Shown here one piece after another: positions 26,267 to 39,118 of a stretch of 64,000 nt of DNA. Position 1 is the first letter of the stretch, and each line of letters begins with the position of its first letter. The DNA is taken from the NCBI GenBank assembly GCA_051362555.1, contig CM120642.1, positions 11,718,001 to 11,782,000 of the forward strand. The letters run 5' to 3'. Source of the DNA: Lingula anatina. Its lineage: Eukaryota > Animalia > Brachiopoda. The notes under the pieces are model-generated. The model was not told where the DNA came from and ran no database searches. It worked only from the letters and a program-made list of their open reading frames with translations. The position numbers and the translations under genes were made by a program.

Positions 26267-28908
26267 GAAAAAAAGGGGAAAAATCTGTCGAATTTTATCA
26301 TTCCTAAAATCACGAAAAATTGAAAAGTAGTAAAACAGATTTCTGGAACAGAATTGGGTGGAATCAAATTTGGGAGACAAGCAATGTGGTTGATTACAAA
26401 GAGTATTAAGCAAAGGCCTAGTACATGTAGTGCTGTCGGGATCACTAAGACAAAAAGAAACATAGGAAAAGGCATTAATCTGGAATAATCACACAGGGTA
26501 ACCATCTTGCAAGCAATTAGACCCATTCATGTGAACTCCACAATTTGTCCGATTCTATAGTTTTCACGTCTTATTCCATCACCCCATGATTTTCAGAGTT
26601 CTCATTGGACGGTAGCTTACCTCTAGTATGTGAGCCCTGTCAGTGTCCAACTGATCGTAAACGGCTAGTAGGCCTACTGATGTAAGAGACGAGCCTCTAG
26701 CAGACACCGAAAGTAAATGTGACCTATTGTTAATGACATGTTCAACAATAGCACTATATATTAACTGGTAAGCACTGGAATATGCCTTTCAAGTTTAAAA
26801 TTCAAAACACATGGTGATATGTTGGGATCGTTAAGACACACTTCAATTCTTTAATGCAACCAAACAAAGTATGAATGAAAAATGCAGTCAGGGCAAAAAA
26901 GAAAGGGGTTGTCAAAGAAAAATGTATTGGAAATCACCACTTTTATTGATCTGTGTACCTTATTCGTCCAAGTCTAAAGCAATGTCATATAGGCCTTTAT
27001 GTACATAAATAACGACTTCAAAATGGACAACAAAACTGACATGACAAATGTTAAAATGAGTGATGCTTGATGACAGAAAAGTCATGCATTCAATTACATC
27101 AACATCCGTTTTCTTTCAAAACTCCAGGCAAAAATGTTGCGTCAAGCCACAAAAGGCGGTACAAATACAACTCTTGATACCACAACTATGTTCAAATCCA
27201 GCAGGTCAAAGGGTGGGTTCCCGCTAAACTGATTTTTCAGACAGACCAAATATTTATTCAGAGCTCATACGTGAACTAAAACATAACCCGGTACCGTTTA
27301 TTTCAATGCCGTGCTGTTTAGATACTTCGGCTAATGGGCCGGTGTGCAGAGACTTGTTGTTGCCTTTAGATTAAACAAAGAATATCATATCAAATATACA
27401 GGAAAATCAATGTTATGTGAAAGTGAAGTAAAGATACTCTCTCTCTCTCTCTCTCTCATCAAATTAAATTCGAACAATTTACTACCCTATAGAAGAAAAA
27501 TCAGTTTCATTTTTGCCTGACTCTCTTCTTTTTATAATTTGACTATTACTACTATTCAGAAATAAACTCGCACGCAAGTAAAGGTCAAAGCCTCAGCAAT
27601 TTGCACATATTCATATATTATTTTGGCGTTCTATCCTGCGGAAACAAAACTGCCACCTGCATGTCAGTTTGCTATTTTCTATGTTATTCTGGGAGGTCTA
27701 GCTAAAATGCTAGGGGCGTCTTCAACATTGCTAACAAGAATAAACTAACTGGTTGATCCCAATTGCAGCTAGTCATCCCTAGAACACTTACACTTGTATT
27801 GAATGTCACACCTGAAGACTTTTTCAAGTGACATTTTACAGTAACAGGTGTGCGATCAAACTTCCTTTAGTACTTTGCACATGGACATTTTTTACAGGTC
27901 ATTCATATCATTATCTAAAAGGCATTTTGCTAAGGGTCACTGATCACTGTCTTTTGTGATGACAGAATCAAAGGTGATCAATGTGACATTGCTTGCAAAG
28001 GCTGAGAGAAATTTTGCGATATACTGCTTTAAGTTAAATTTCACTGCGCCAAGAAATTAACGATAGGTACATGTAGGCATAGTTTGCAGATTTGATAAAA
28101 AAAAAAAAAAATAGACGCCAAGCAAGAGGCCTAAGGCTTTACCTAAAATTCCTAACCTTATCGCCTTGTTTTTAACAGTATAGGCCTACTTATAATCTTA
28201 AAAACAGCTTGAAATTACTGAGAATTTCCCTAAAACAGAGACCGCGGCTCCTGGATACCTTAATACTTAAGTATATTATCTGATCTCAGCAAAACCAGAA
28301 AATAAAATTAAGTAAAAAAAAAAAAACAGTGTGAAGGGAAATTATATTCTTCTCGTTTAGATTCTTTTTCACACGTTCCCATTTCACAATTATGAAAAAT
28401 ACGTGCAAAACATGGCAAAGCAAGATGGCGACTGGTCGGTTCGTCGCTACACGGCGGTTGAGACAGGGGCTACTACTAAGGTGGCAATGCTTCACGTTTA
28501 ACCACAAATAGACGGGGTCCGCACCAGGCAAGGTCAAATGTCCTCCTTTAATTGACAAGGTGGACAATTTTAGTGGGAAATTTGGCGTTCGGTTTTGACA
28601 GAGGTCAAACAGAGGGGCTGATTGAACCACGCAGAATGCTCGATGGATCAGTGGGCTGTGATCGTTGGACGTCCCCTACTGAGTCCTTCGGTGCAAAATT
28701 TCCCAACTGTTTTAAGAAAACAATGATCTTTGCATGTTCTTTTGTTCAAATCGAACCCAGCTTTTCCTTCACCTTCTAAACTGAATTCGATACCGAGGAT
28801 GAGTTTGCACAGACATCCTTTTGTTACTAGCGATCACTGGTCACGCTACCGACAAGACCCTTTGATAAAACGAATGATCGACCTGTGTGGATGAACACGA
28901 AAATTTTT

Positions 28909-28936
28909 CTAATCGAAATATGGCAGGACAAAAGTG
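28909..28936 (-). other. Candidate terminal exon start of an unannotated minus-strand gene
   Basis: Strong acceptor tatcttctttttttacag|C at 28936. The phase-2 reading is (S)TFVLPYFD*, followed by about 2 kb of 3'UTR-like sequence with AATAAA on the minus strand near 27300 and 27250. Confidence 0.4.
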
Positions 28937-31234
28937 CTGTAAAAAAGAAGATATAACTAACAATGTTTAACCCATAACACACATATATATTTGAAGTAGA
29001 ATACCGTGTTTGAAGCAGAAAGACTGAATGAGGCTTATCGCATTAAATGAGCGATTAATTCGTTGAAAGAAGCATATCTATAGATGCTGTCAAATCCGTA
29101 ACATAGTGATACATGCGTGCTGATGCACAGACACCTCTGTGTCAAAATGAAATAATGAGCCAGAAATGAGGCAGAAATTCGACCAAATGACTTTATCACT
29201 CGAAAGGAAATATTTGATCAAAGCGTTTATAGATCTCACGTGCAGCTGAGGTTTTGAAATAAATACAACAAGCCTGAAGACTGCAATGAATAAACACGAA
29301 TCCCTTGAATGTATACGGACATTTACGCCATTAAACTCGTCGCTTACACAGTTGAAGTATTCGATTCAGACTAGTCAGGATTAATGACGAAGAATCTATG
29401 CAAATCCACAGCTTATCCATTTTTGCATAACTATCTATGACTTACCACTCATCTCATGTGCAATCAGTTTGTTGTTGCCGTGTAGTCCCTACATAATGGG
29501 TTTGTCAACCTTTCCCCATCATTTCAACAGTAGCCCGATAAAACTACGCTCAAAGATCTATTAGTCTATTTGTAAATCACTTAGCAGAAGGGTATCGGGG
29601 GATGATTGGAGTGGGGCGTGTGTAATGCTAAGTGCAAACCAGGTGCTTCATATTGATAAGATCCGTGATCATCGTCACACAGACCTGGCCTCAGTTATTC
29701 AGCGATTTTTTTTAAACATTTTCTTTTTCAAAAATGAGATGTTTGCAACAGATGTGGGCAGCTACGTTCCTATGGGTGTGCTTACTAGTATGCCCCATAC
29801 ATATATTATTGATATATTTGGACATACCTACAAGATCGCAGATGACCAAATACATCTCTCTGGACTGCGAGAAATTATTGGCCAATAATTACTCTATAGC
29901 TGTCGGAGAAATGTCGGAAACTAAATACAATTATCCTCAAGATCACGTATTTTGGGTTAGAGGACACTATTAAGGTCAACTATACAATTAATACAACGTA
30001 AAAATCATCAAAATAAGATCTCACGGTGGAGAGATTACAGTTTACACAGCTGTGAGATTGCCTTAAAGGTGAAACCACAGTGACATTCAAATCGAAATGC
30101 TTGGACGCACTGCTAAATAAATGTCAAAAGTTTGGCTTCGCAGTTCGCCTCACCCTGAAGTTTAACATTTTCACACAAAAACAGACACGCAAAATATCAA
30201 ATTCAAATATTCTGGCTAGTTTAAGCAAGAACGTCAATTGACGTCCTTGGTTTAAGTTTTCTCATTCCGTTTTTCAGCAAGAGAAATTTTGCTTGCAGAG
30301 AACACGAAGACGACCTATTTCACATGTCGATACGTTGAGATCCTTTGACATTAAGGTCAACTGTATTTAAGATAATGAAGTAGGAGCGCGAACCCATACC
30401 TTTGAGGCCTGCCAGGTGCCTATCTTTATCGATATCATTACTGCCAGTATGCTGGTATGTAACCATGGTTACTAACGGTACCATCAAAACAGAACTCGAT
30501 CTTGGTTATGAATTTTGAGGACAGTATAGTTTGACAAATCGTGCACACGAACTTTCAACTGATATGATATCTAATCATTCAATGTGGAACGTAATAAAGC
30601 TATCTTATACTCTATATACCCTATTGTAATGTGCCTTGTCTGTTGAAGTTTACATTGGACTCTGCCAACGTGTTACTGTAAATCTGAGAAATCAGATTTG
30701 CCTGATAGCGACAAGTGAACCGCTCATAAACTATGCGTGTAAATCGGCCTAACATTTTCATTATTACCACCAAGGCACGTTCCGGTTTCTTCTCATATCT
30801 CCATATTGGTATTATCTTGATATATTAACATTTAATCATCGGTCATAATACTCTGATACAGCACGGGTCATATCACTGTCATATTACTAGTCTGCTACTG
30901 GAAGAGCACTGGAGCCCCACAGTGAACCCAGTAACTAGAAGTAAGATTTGGAATCACTTGGTGAAAACACGTGAAAAATTCAGTGATTTTGCCATTAGTT
31001 ATTATCGCTTCTGTATTATGGGTTTCGTGTAATGCACATGCTGGTGCCGACTAATTAAGTCTCTAAATTAAAAGCAGCAATACATGTAATGTGCTTACAA
31101 TGACAATAAATTACCTGCGTTATGCTGAAATTGTAGGGCGGTCTGCATCACCAATATGTATGATCACATTATTACTCATTATACTATACTTACAACACCG
31201 CCAGCCCGATTTCCTATATCCGCCCAAGCATACT

Positions 31235-31325
31235 ATCCCTCTTAATGAAAGGGATATCTCACTTACCAATTTGTATCTTAAAAATACTGTAGCAGAGGAT
31301 GAATTTCATTTTTTAGGGGCGTGTG
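31235..31325 (+). mobile_element. Degraded 3' remnant of a non-LTR retrotransposon (LINE) ORF2
   Basis: Translates to IPLNERD...TVAEDEFHFLGAC, matching the IP..ER.C..C....EDE.HFL..C C-terminal zinc-knuckle motif of LINE reverse transcriptases. The first two Cys are lost. Confidence 0.55.
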
Positions 31326-31349
31326 TGCAGTGATTTTGTTTGCATGGAT

Positions 31350-31354
31350 CTCTT

Positions 31355-31392
<38 letters not shown>

Positions 31393-31400
31393 TGTGTGTG
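31350..31400. repeat. Compound (CT)n(GT)n microsatellite
   Basis: Direct reading. Confidence 0.9.
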
Positions 31401-31703
31401 AGAAGAGTGAGTGGGGTGGGGGCTTTTTCATCTTGTTTTTTAGGCCTCTCAATACTTTATCATAACATTTCATGTTAACACCCTTAGTTTTGGGAAATTA
31501 CAGCGACTCTCTTCATTTCCATCCCGCTGCACAGACTTTGCCCAGCACATCAGCAAAAATAACTGAACTTTTCGCTTTACTTTTAACTCAGGGTACCCGG
31601 CGCGTGCTTGAATTACCACCGTTGCCTTCAGCAGCACTGCAATCCTATAAAAAGCGCTATCAAAAATTGGAAAAAGATTCGAGCAATTACAGGCACGCTA
31701 ACG

Positions 31704-31961
31704 TCAGTCAAAATACCCGAAAGGGTGGAGAGGGTTATAGAACTTCTGACATCTTGCTACAGACGTCGAAGATTGAACTAAAATTACTTTCGCGTCGTGT
31801 TTCATCTGTACATACATGTCACCGTTTTTGTGCCAGTCACAGTGTTGTACTGCTATTGTTGCAGCTGCTATTGTTACTGCTCGTTTTTTTTTTAACACTG
31901 CATCTGTTATTACTGATTGACGATTCAAGCTTCCAAAACTCTGCACCATTGCTATAACCAT
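31704..31961 (-). CDS. Hypothetical 85-aa small ORF (unverified)
   Basis: MVIAMVQSFGSL...KFYNPLHPFGYFD*. No recognised family; it lies just downstream of a candidate donor at 32016. Confidence 0.2.
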   Translation of the reverse strand: MVIAMVQSFGSLNRQSVITDAVLKKKRAVTIAAATIAVQHCDWHKNGDMYVQMKHDAKVILVQSSTSVARCQKFYNPLHPFGYFD

Positions 31962-32015
31962 TGCATGTTAGACAAGACTATCTAATACTCCCAAGTCTAC
32001 ACCCGTTATAATTAC

Positions 32016-32110
32016 CTGTTAGCTAGTATAACACAGATATCATCAAAATCGTCATAATCCTTTTTTGGATTCTGAATATCTGTTAATCCACCAAACATCA
32101 TGGGTCTAAG
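32016..32110 (-). other. Candidate exon of the unannotated minus-strand gene
   Basis: Reads (LRP)MMFGGLTDIQNPKKDYDDFDDICVILAN and ends AG|gtaatt (phase 2). It has either a weak acceptor gctgtag| at 32110 or is a first exon from a promoter near 32450-32640. Confidence 0.35.
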
Positions 32111-33857
32111 CTACAGCACGGCTCTTATTGTGACATTGTCCTTCCATTGCCACTGGTTGGTTTAACCATGACAGAACACGGTCCCTACGCTACTGTCTCT
32201 CCCTCCACCACCTAAATATGTCGGCCAGTTCGGAGATAGTGAAGGAGGTGGTTGAAGATTAATCAAGTAGATCCGACTCAGTCTGTGAGTGAGATGAATG
32301 GGGCACGTGCCCGTCGTGTGGGAAGGCTTAGCTACGCGTTCATTTCGACAGATCTTGCACAGCGTAAATTGCGCGTGATTTTTCTCCCCCTCTGTAGTTG
32401 CTGGTTATTCTGTAGGTTTTCTTTTTTTGTCCTCCGCCTCCCTCAGCGCTCGTCTTATCACCGCTGCACTTGTGCTTGCGTCTCACTGGCTCTGCGATGT
32501 CATGACGAACGCTGCCAGCCTCGCAAACAAAACAAATCAGAAAAAAAACTTTGAAGCAATGACACAGTTTTGCTGTTTGTTGCCTATTCTCTTCCGGCGG
32601 ACAGACGCTACACGTCAATTTGCCATTTCCATGAGACGTCTACATTCAGAGTTTTTATGCTATCAAAGCCTACTTTGTGCGGATTTTCCTTCATTTACAA
32701 GAGTTAAGTGCTACTTATATCTGCAGGCAAGGTCCAAGCGAAAGATATGACGGTATTTAGGTGCCCTACACGTGCTACGGAGCCCATGTGCTTTTTTTCT
32801 AAACAAAATAACTCATTGCTGGCGACCAAATCAACCCTCGTATTGGAAATAGAAAGGTTTTACTCTGGTTGGTTTCACGCGCAAGGCTGCACACTTGACA
32901 TGCAGAATATTAATACTGTCATCAAGCGGTTAAAAAGCTCAAACTTTTCTCCGATCAATCAATCAACGCCCTCGAATTCCTCTTTGTATTTTAAAATCCA
33001 AACCCGAGTTTCGAGCAGCCTTTTCCGTAAAATAACCCTCAGCTAATATCGCTTTCTGTCATCCATAAACTGTTCACTGGTTAGAGAGTGGTTTCCCCCA
33101 TGTAAGTAGCCTAAGCTTGAGCAGTGGAGAGCATAGTCTAGGTCGTCGTTATGTAGTGGAGACGATGTGTCATTCCTCCTTCACTTGACAGCTGTAATAC
33201 TGTGGAAGCGCAGAGAAAATGTTGATAAAAGAACCATTCATACAATAACGTGATTGCAAAGACCGTCAATCACGGCATATATCAATTAGTGAAGGTTCAT
33301 CTTAAATATCGGAGTCATTGATTGCATTGCCAATGTAAGCCACAGACACAAAAAAACAGCCTTGTGAATTTCTCGTGTGATTTCAACAGTTATGTGTTTA
33401 TAACCATTAGTTAACAGCACGTTGTGGAGCAGCTTTCTTATTTCATGTACACGATGTCTGTTCCCTACCAAGGCTAGGCAATATGTTCGGCTATTTTCAT
33501 TGTAATTGCAGATCCTCCGCAAAGAAAGGATGGACTTTTTGCCTAAGATAACAGACTAAATTTCAGAGCGCTACTCACTGCGGCAATGTTGATCGTGGCA
33601 TCATCAATCTCCACAGCAGAATGCCAGTAGTTAAAATTTGATTGTGCTGGCTGTAGGTCCACAGATCATAACTTTACCCATGCAAAACCTGTCATAATTT
33701 TTAAGAAACTTAATCGCCATATCCATCTCTGAGGATAGATGTCTTTTCCGGTGTGCACGTTCACGCAGAATAGTATCCTTAGTCAAGTTAGTCCTTTTTA
33801 ACAAATACGGAAATCAGTCCATTGTCAGCTCTCGTGGGTACATTCTGAAGAACTCAC

Positions 33858-33999
33858 CCGGTTCCTCGTGGCGTTCTCTCCCTCAATATGCATGAACTTA
33901 ATGAAGTCCCCCGCACAGTCCATTCCGTGTAATATTGTCGTTTCATCAGTTACGCGTATTCGGGTGGAGTTATTGTAGTCCGGGAGCTCGTTAGGCGCC
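33858..33999 (-). other. Candidate exon of the unannotated minus-strand gene
   Basis: Strong donor CGG|gtgagt at 33858 and 47 open codons (APNELPDYNNSTRIRVTDETTILHGMDCAGDFIKFMHIEGENATRNR). The acceptor cttag| is weak. Confidence 0.35.
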
Positions 34000-35172
34000 C
34001 TAAGCTTATAAGTACATACACTTTAGACTCTGTCAATGTTAAAGTATACAACTTCGGGTATTGAGCCTGGCTTTATAGACCTAGTGAGGAGAAGGTAGCG
34101 TAATCAAGGAAGGTAAATACCCACACGACCCTCGGGTACTGTACTAATTGTCATTCTGTGTGACGTAACGTGGGGCATTTCTACGGGGAGAAAATACTGT
34201 GTCTATTTATTTAACAGACACGAGAATCTAATTTCAGACCAAAGGGTATGGGGTTGATTGGAGGCAAGAGCTAGGGGTTGACTTTTTAAAAGCCCTCAAA
34301 TTGCTTTGGCGAAATTGATATCCGTTTTAGCGTGCTTTTCACCTCTTCTCCTGTTTAAAATACATACTTGTATTTATTCGATTCGAGGACACCGAAATAC
34401 CTTTCAGTGAGAATGAGAGGATAAAAAACTTAAAGCAATGCGGTAGGAAATACATTTAAGGAATGGTTAAAAAAATAGATGAAAATGGAAACATTATCCC
34501 GATATTCTGATTTTTTATGGATTGCATTATTAGATACGGCATCCAGCCTTGTTGGCTGAACGAAATCCAATTTGTTCGGGAAATTAAATGCCACTGATCT
34601 GCATGCGAAACAGACTAGCTGCACCCAGATGTTGTTGTTTCAGTATTAAGATTAGTTAATCGGAAAATCACTTATTTTTCAGGGGGATTCAATGAACGTA
34701 TGTTTTTTTTTTAATTTACAGATAAAAGGAAAAAACCCTCACAATACCAACATCCATGACCCCAGTAAAGGGGCAGACGTCACTTCGTACCATAGCTGAA
34801 CGTTATCAGATCTTTCTTTTTGTTTGATGCCCCATACAGACTACCCCAAGAAGAGTTGGGGAGATGAAGAAACACAGAAGTCTTAATTTAATTTTCTTCC
34901 GCTTAATACATATTCCAGTCACATTTCAACGGATATCACTGAATTGGAAAACTCTTTTTAACCGGTTTAACCTCTCTCTGGGTTGTCAAGTTGACGTGAA
35001 TCAACGCACTTGTTTTCACCACTTCAATATGGAGTAGATGAGTGGCAATAGGAAAGACGTATTGAAAAGGATGACATAATATACTTCAAAGGTACTTCAA
35101 AATTGGAATAGAGTTGTTAAACTAGTAAACATCACATTAACCTTTAAAACTAATTAAAGCTATGAGGTTGGC

Positions 35173-35231
35173 CCTCTCTCTCTCTCTCTCTCTCTCTTCC
35201 TCTCTCTCTCTCTTCCTCTCTCTCTCTCTCT
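35173..35231. repeat. (CT)n microsatellite, interrupted
   Basis: Direct reading; similar tracts at about 27437, 35914, 38950-39010 and 44045-44076. Confidence 0.9.
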
Positions 35232-38200
35232 GAAACCAAATGACTCTAGGCCTAAAACAATTCCCCGTTCTCAACAGGACGCAAAAATCAAAGTTTCCGA
35301 TTTGTATAACCACTACTGTTTTTCAATCAAAGTTACATACATGTTTTTCCATAAAGAAAGTCGTTTTGGCATAGAAGATACCCTAGCTTTTTTCGTAAAT
35401 AAACACAAGCAATGAGGCTTGGGTGATTAGAGAACAGGATTAACGTGGAGTTCAAGCACCGCTGCTTTTTAATTTGGCTCAACTTTCGCAAGTTATGTGC
35501 TAGAAACGTCATGTGTTTCTCAATTAAATAAGCTTGAAATTAGTAGAGAAAAATGAGAACTGACTGTTTTTAGTGGGGTCGTTGTGTCAGCAAGGATTAC
35601 TCTAGAGATGTTGAACGCTGTAATAACAATATATTTGTCACTGTAGGTAGTCCCCTGTAAGCACGTTTTCCTTCCATGTAGTGTTAAGAAATCTTTTTTT
35701 CCAAAGAGCACCACATAAAACGTAGTAGAGAATGTTTTCTGGTACATGGGCTACTTTTTACCATCTTAATATTTCGAGATTTTCGTCAAGAAGGCAATCG
35801 TCTGCATTACAAATAAGTAAATTCAATTTAAAATAGGGATATATATTTAAAATAGGAAGTATATTTGATCACCTATCGATATGTGTAGGCCTACTATATG
35901 TTTGTTAGGCATTCTCTCTCTCTCTCTCTCTCTCTCTCAACTCATATCCCCATACACCCTAGATTAAAAACCAACAACAGATATTTTTAAAAGATGCATT
36001 ATCTGTGTTTACTTCTACTGAGGGTACATGTAAGTACTGTATAACTCTTTTTTGAAACTGGTGAATACTATTTTACATCAGACTGACAGGGACGAAGTTT
36101 TTTTTTCAGTTCAATCAAATTACTGTTACTACCTAAATGTTGTATAATCTAAACTAGAAAACAAGCATGGCATTTCCGGCTCGTGCGTATATAAGATATA
36201 CTGTATAAAAACACTATGCCTGCCGAAAGTTCCAAGACACCAATGCCACAGCTCAGCTGCTTATACAGAAACTCTGGATCTCATCTAACGCAATTTATCA
36301 GTTGTATTTCGAGAACGCTAAAAGCCTACGGGAACACCTATTTTATAGTCATACTTTTCCGTAAAAGGAAGGAAAAAACAATAAATCTTTGTAGCAAAGC
36401 CGTTGTATCAATCTGACTATTAAATCTATCATTTCTATTTAAAAGTTCTAAGATGATCGATTTGGTAACTCATCAAAACTTAAAATGAACTCGTGTTGAA
36501 CGCTCCTCCGGTGCACTGGTGTAGTGTATCATTTTAATGGCACTACGTACATTCTCCTGCCACACAATAGCACGTAATAAAATTGCTGCTTGGTAATCAC
36601 TAAGCAAGAAATAAAAGGAGGCGTATTTACTTTACATCAGACTGACAAGGACATGTGTAAATAAGTGTTTTCTAGGCTAATATGGTCTGGGCTTTCTTAA
36701 AAAGAATATTCTGTGTGTAGAAGGGTAATATTATGTGATTTTTTTTCCATTTTAATGCTGCTAGTTCAATAGGTTCAGTAAAAAAGAAAAATATGGATAT
36801 TATATTTTGGTAACGACGCGTTTTCTGCGCTAATTTGTTCGAGCTTTTAAACATTTACATCGAAGAGATTATGTTCTCTATTTCATTTTGATGTAGCTAG
36901 TTCATCGGTTCAGAGCGGAAAGAATAGCAATGCTTTTTTGTATATAGTAAGGAACCATGGTGATACACAAAAATATGTAATGACAATATTAACTGCTTTT
37001 TAATATTGGTTCAGTTAGTTCGCTTGCTTAGAATGGAAGAATAGTCAGGTTATTATATATATGTATGGAGGTACCATAATGGCCTTTTTTGTATATATTG
37101 CTTATATCACTGGTTTGCAAAAAAAAAAAAAAAAAAAAAAAATTGGCTGAAAATATTTATGTGCGCCTGCTGCAACAGCACTGCAAAATTCCCTTATTAC
37201 AGCATACTTTTCATTAATTTCTTCAATGTGAGAGAGGGGGGGAAGTTGAGGCATTTTTTGCTTCCCTTCTTCATGATGATATTGCGGACCTTCCCGTGTG
37301 CGTGTTGTGTAAGGATACGGATTGATTATACACATATTTACTGTGGCTTTTTACTTCGTGTGGCTCTTTTGAACAAATTCATTTATCTTACGCTTCCTAC
37401 TCCTACTCTCCTGTATTTGAATTCAAAACGGTGAATTGTGATGATAGTATTTCCACTTTATCCAATTCCTTCTTAAGTCTGACTTAAGTTATTCAGCAAA
37501 ACTGTTGGGCGAGTAATCAAACTTAAGAGAAGGAAATCTGTCAATTTTATGGGAATTTTGACGGCATTTCCGCCAAAAAGTTCTTTATCGAACTAAAAAA
37601 ACATAAACCGTTGATATTTATGTTGGAATGTCACAGCGTTGTACGAACCCAAACGCCTTTAACTTGAAAAGATAAAATGTGACGAAAAAAAGGAAAGAAA
37701 GCTATAACAATTTATAATTTCTAGTTAATGGGTGCCAAAAAAGTAGAACTACTGAAGTTTTTTAAAAAATGGGTAAAAAAAGAAGGGAAAAAAAGCAAGG
37801 CAATAAATATTTCAAAACTGATGGGTAACGCAAAAGAAAAAAAACTGACTGTTCTAATTCTATAAGAAATATGTATAAATAGGAGAATATATATTTAAAA
37901 AACAGTGGGAACTCTTTTGTCCGACTTCCATATGTTTTCAATGCAGCGTGACACGTGTACCATCCAATTTTGGGATATATTTGATTTGTTCTCGCTTGAG
38001 CGCGTGATTGATTTATGAGGCAGTGCCACTTCAAGAACACCGCAGTATCGTTTCAGCAGATGAGCGACATCGCAAACATACCCCCTCACCCTCCCCACTT
38101 ACTAAAATAACCATGGTGTATACATGTTCAGTGTCTCAGTCTCTGGATTTCGGCCCGGAAATGTGAATTGGCAGTTTAACACGCACCATAGCAATCGGCA

Positions 38201-39013
38201 TTAATAAACTAGAGGTAATATTTCAATTTTTTAGATTGTGGCTCTAGGACCAACCGCGCTAATATCTACGTCGTTTTGAAAACACAGGTGCGTGATTCTC
38301 GTTTATAGACATAGCCACAAGATAGATGGATGCCGGGTCAAGAGCAGGGTGTGAGCTGAGAAAGGATTTGTTGACTTTCATGAGGTCTCAAGTTCTATCC
38401 ATACTAAAGCGGCAGAGGAGGTTCACAACATTAAAATACTTTCCTTAAAGAGTTTCGGAGCGGGGTGACAACAGGAAGAAAAATGGCATGTTTTATGAGT
38501 TTCATAAAAGCGATGAAGGAAAATGATATTCTTTCCATTGTGGGGCTATGTGATGGCATTGTATCAAGTCACTGCATTTCGCAAGCAATGATAAAGCGGT
38601 GCCAGATCCTGTAACCCCGCCATGTTTACCGCGGTTGCCGTTGGCGAGGCACGTCTTGTGGACATAGCACCTAGATTTGTAAGGAAAGCTACGAAAAAGT
38701 AACGAAATTATCCTGTATTTAAGTATTATTTTCGGTGAACAGGAGCACAAACAAAATAAAGATACTCAAACGATGGAGCTGGAGTCCCTAGAGTATCGAC
38801 AGTTGTCAATATGAGAAAACACCTAATGCATGCTTTTTTTTTAGCTAATTAAAATTCAAAATAGGCACTGCCATTTATATTGATCTGCATTTCTACTGCA
38901 TCATTTGTATCAAATTTGCATATAGAAAATTTTAAATCACTGTAAATTCTCCCTCCCTCCCTCTCTCTCTATCCCTCTCTCTATCCCTCTCTCTCTCTCT
39001 CTCTTTCTCTTAC

Positions 39014-39118
39014 CTGCTGCGTTTTACGTCCAACGCTGACTTGTGTGGTGAGAAGTCTGGGACGCTGAGACTCCTGGTGAAAATTTTATTTTGGCGCTTC
39101 CGTGAGTAGTTGGTTACC
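39014..39118 (-). other. Candidate 105-nt internal exon of the unannotated minus-strand gene
   Basis: Strong acceptor ttgttattttctacag| and donor CAG|gtaaga. Only one frame is open (phase 2 to phase 2): VTNYSRKRQNKIFTRSLSVPDFSPHKSALDVKRS. Confidence 0.55.

Noticed and set aside
26677-26713. CTGATG...CGAAA, resembling a hammerhead ribozyme core
   Set aside because: It reads CTGATGTA rather than CTGANGA, and stems I-III cannot be formed.
27941-27980. TGATCAC...GTGATCA hairpin with superficial miR-153 similarity
   Set aside because: The stem is too short and there is no full mature-sequence match. I found no conserved bilaterian miRNA by eye anywhere in the window.
31472-31957. 161-aa plus-strand ORF
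   Set aside because: Non-ATG start, low-complexity Leu run from (CTG/TTG)-type repeats, no splice context or recognisable motif.
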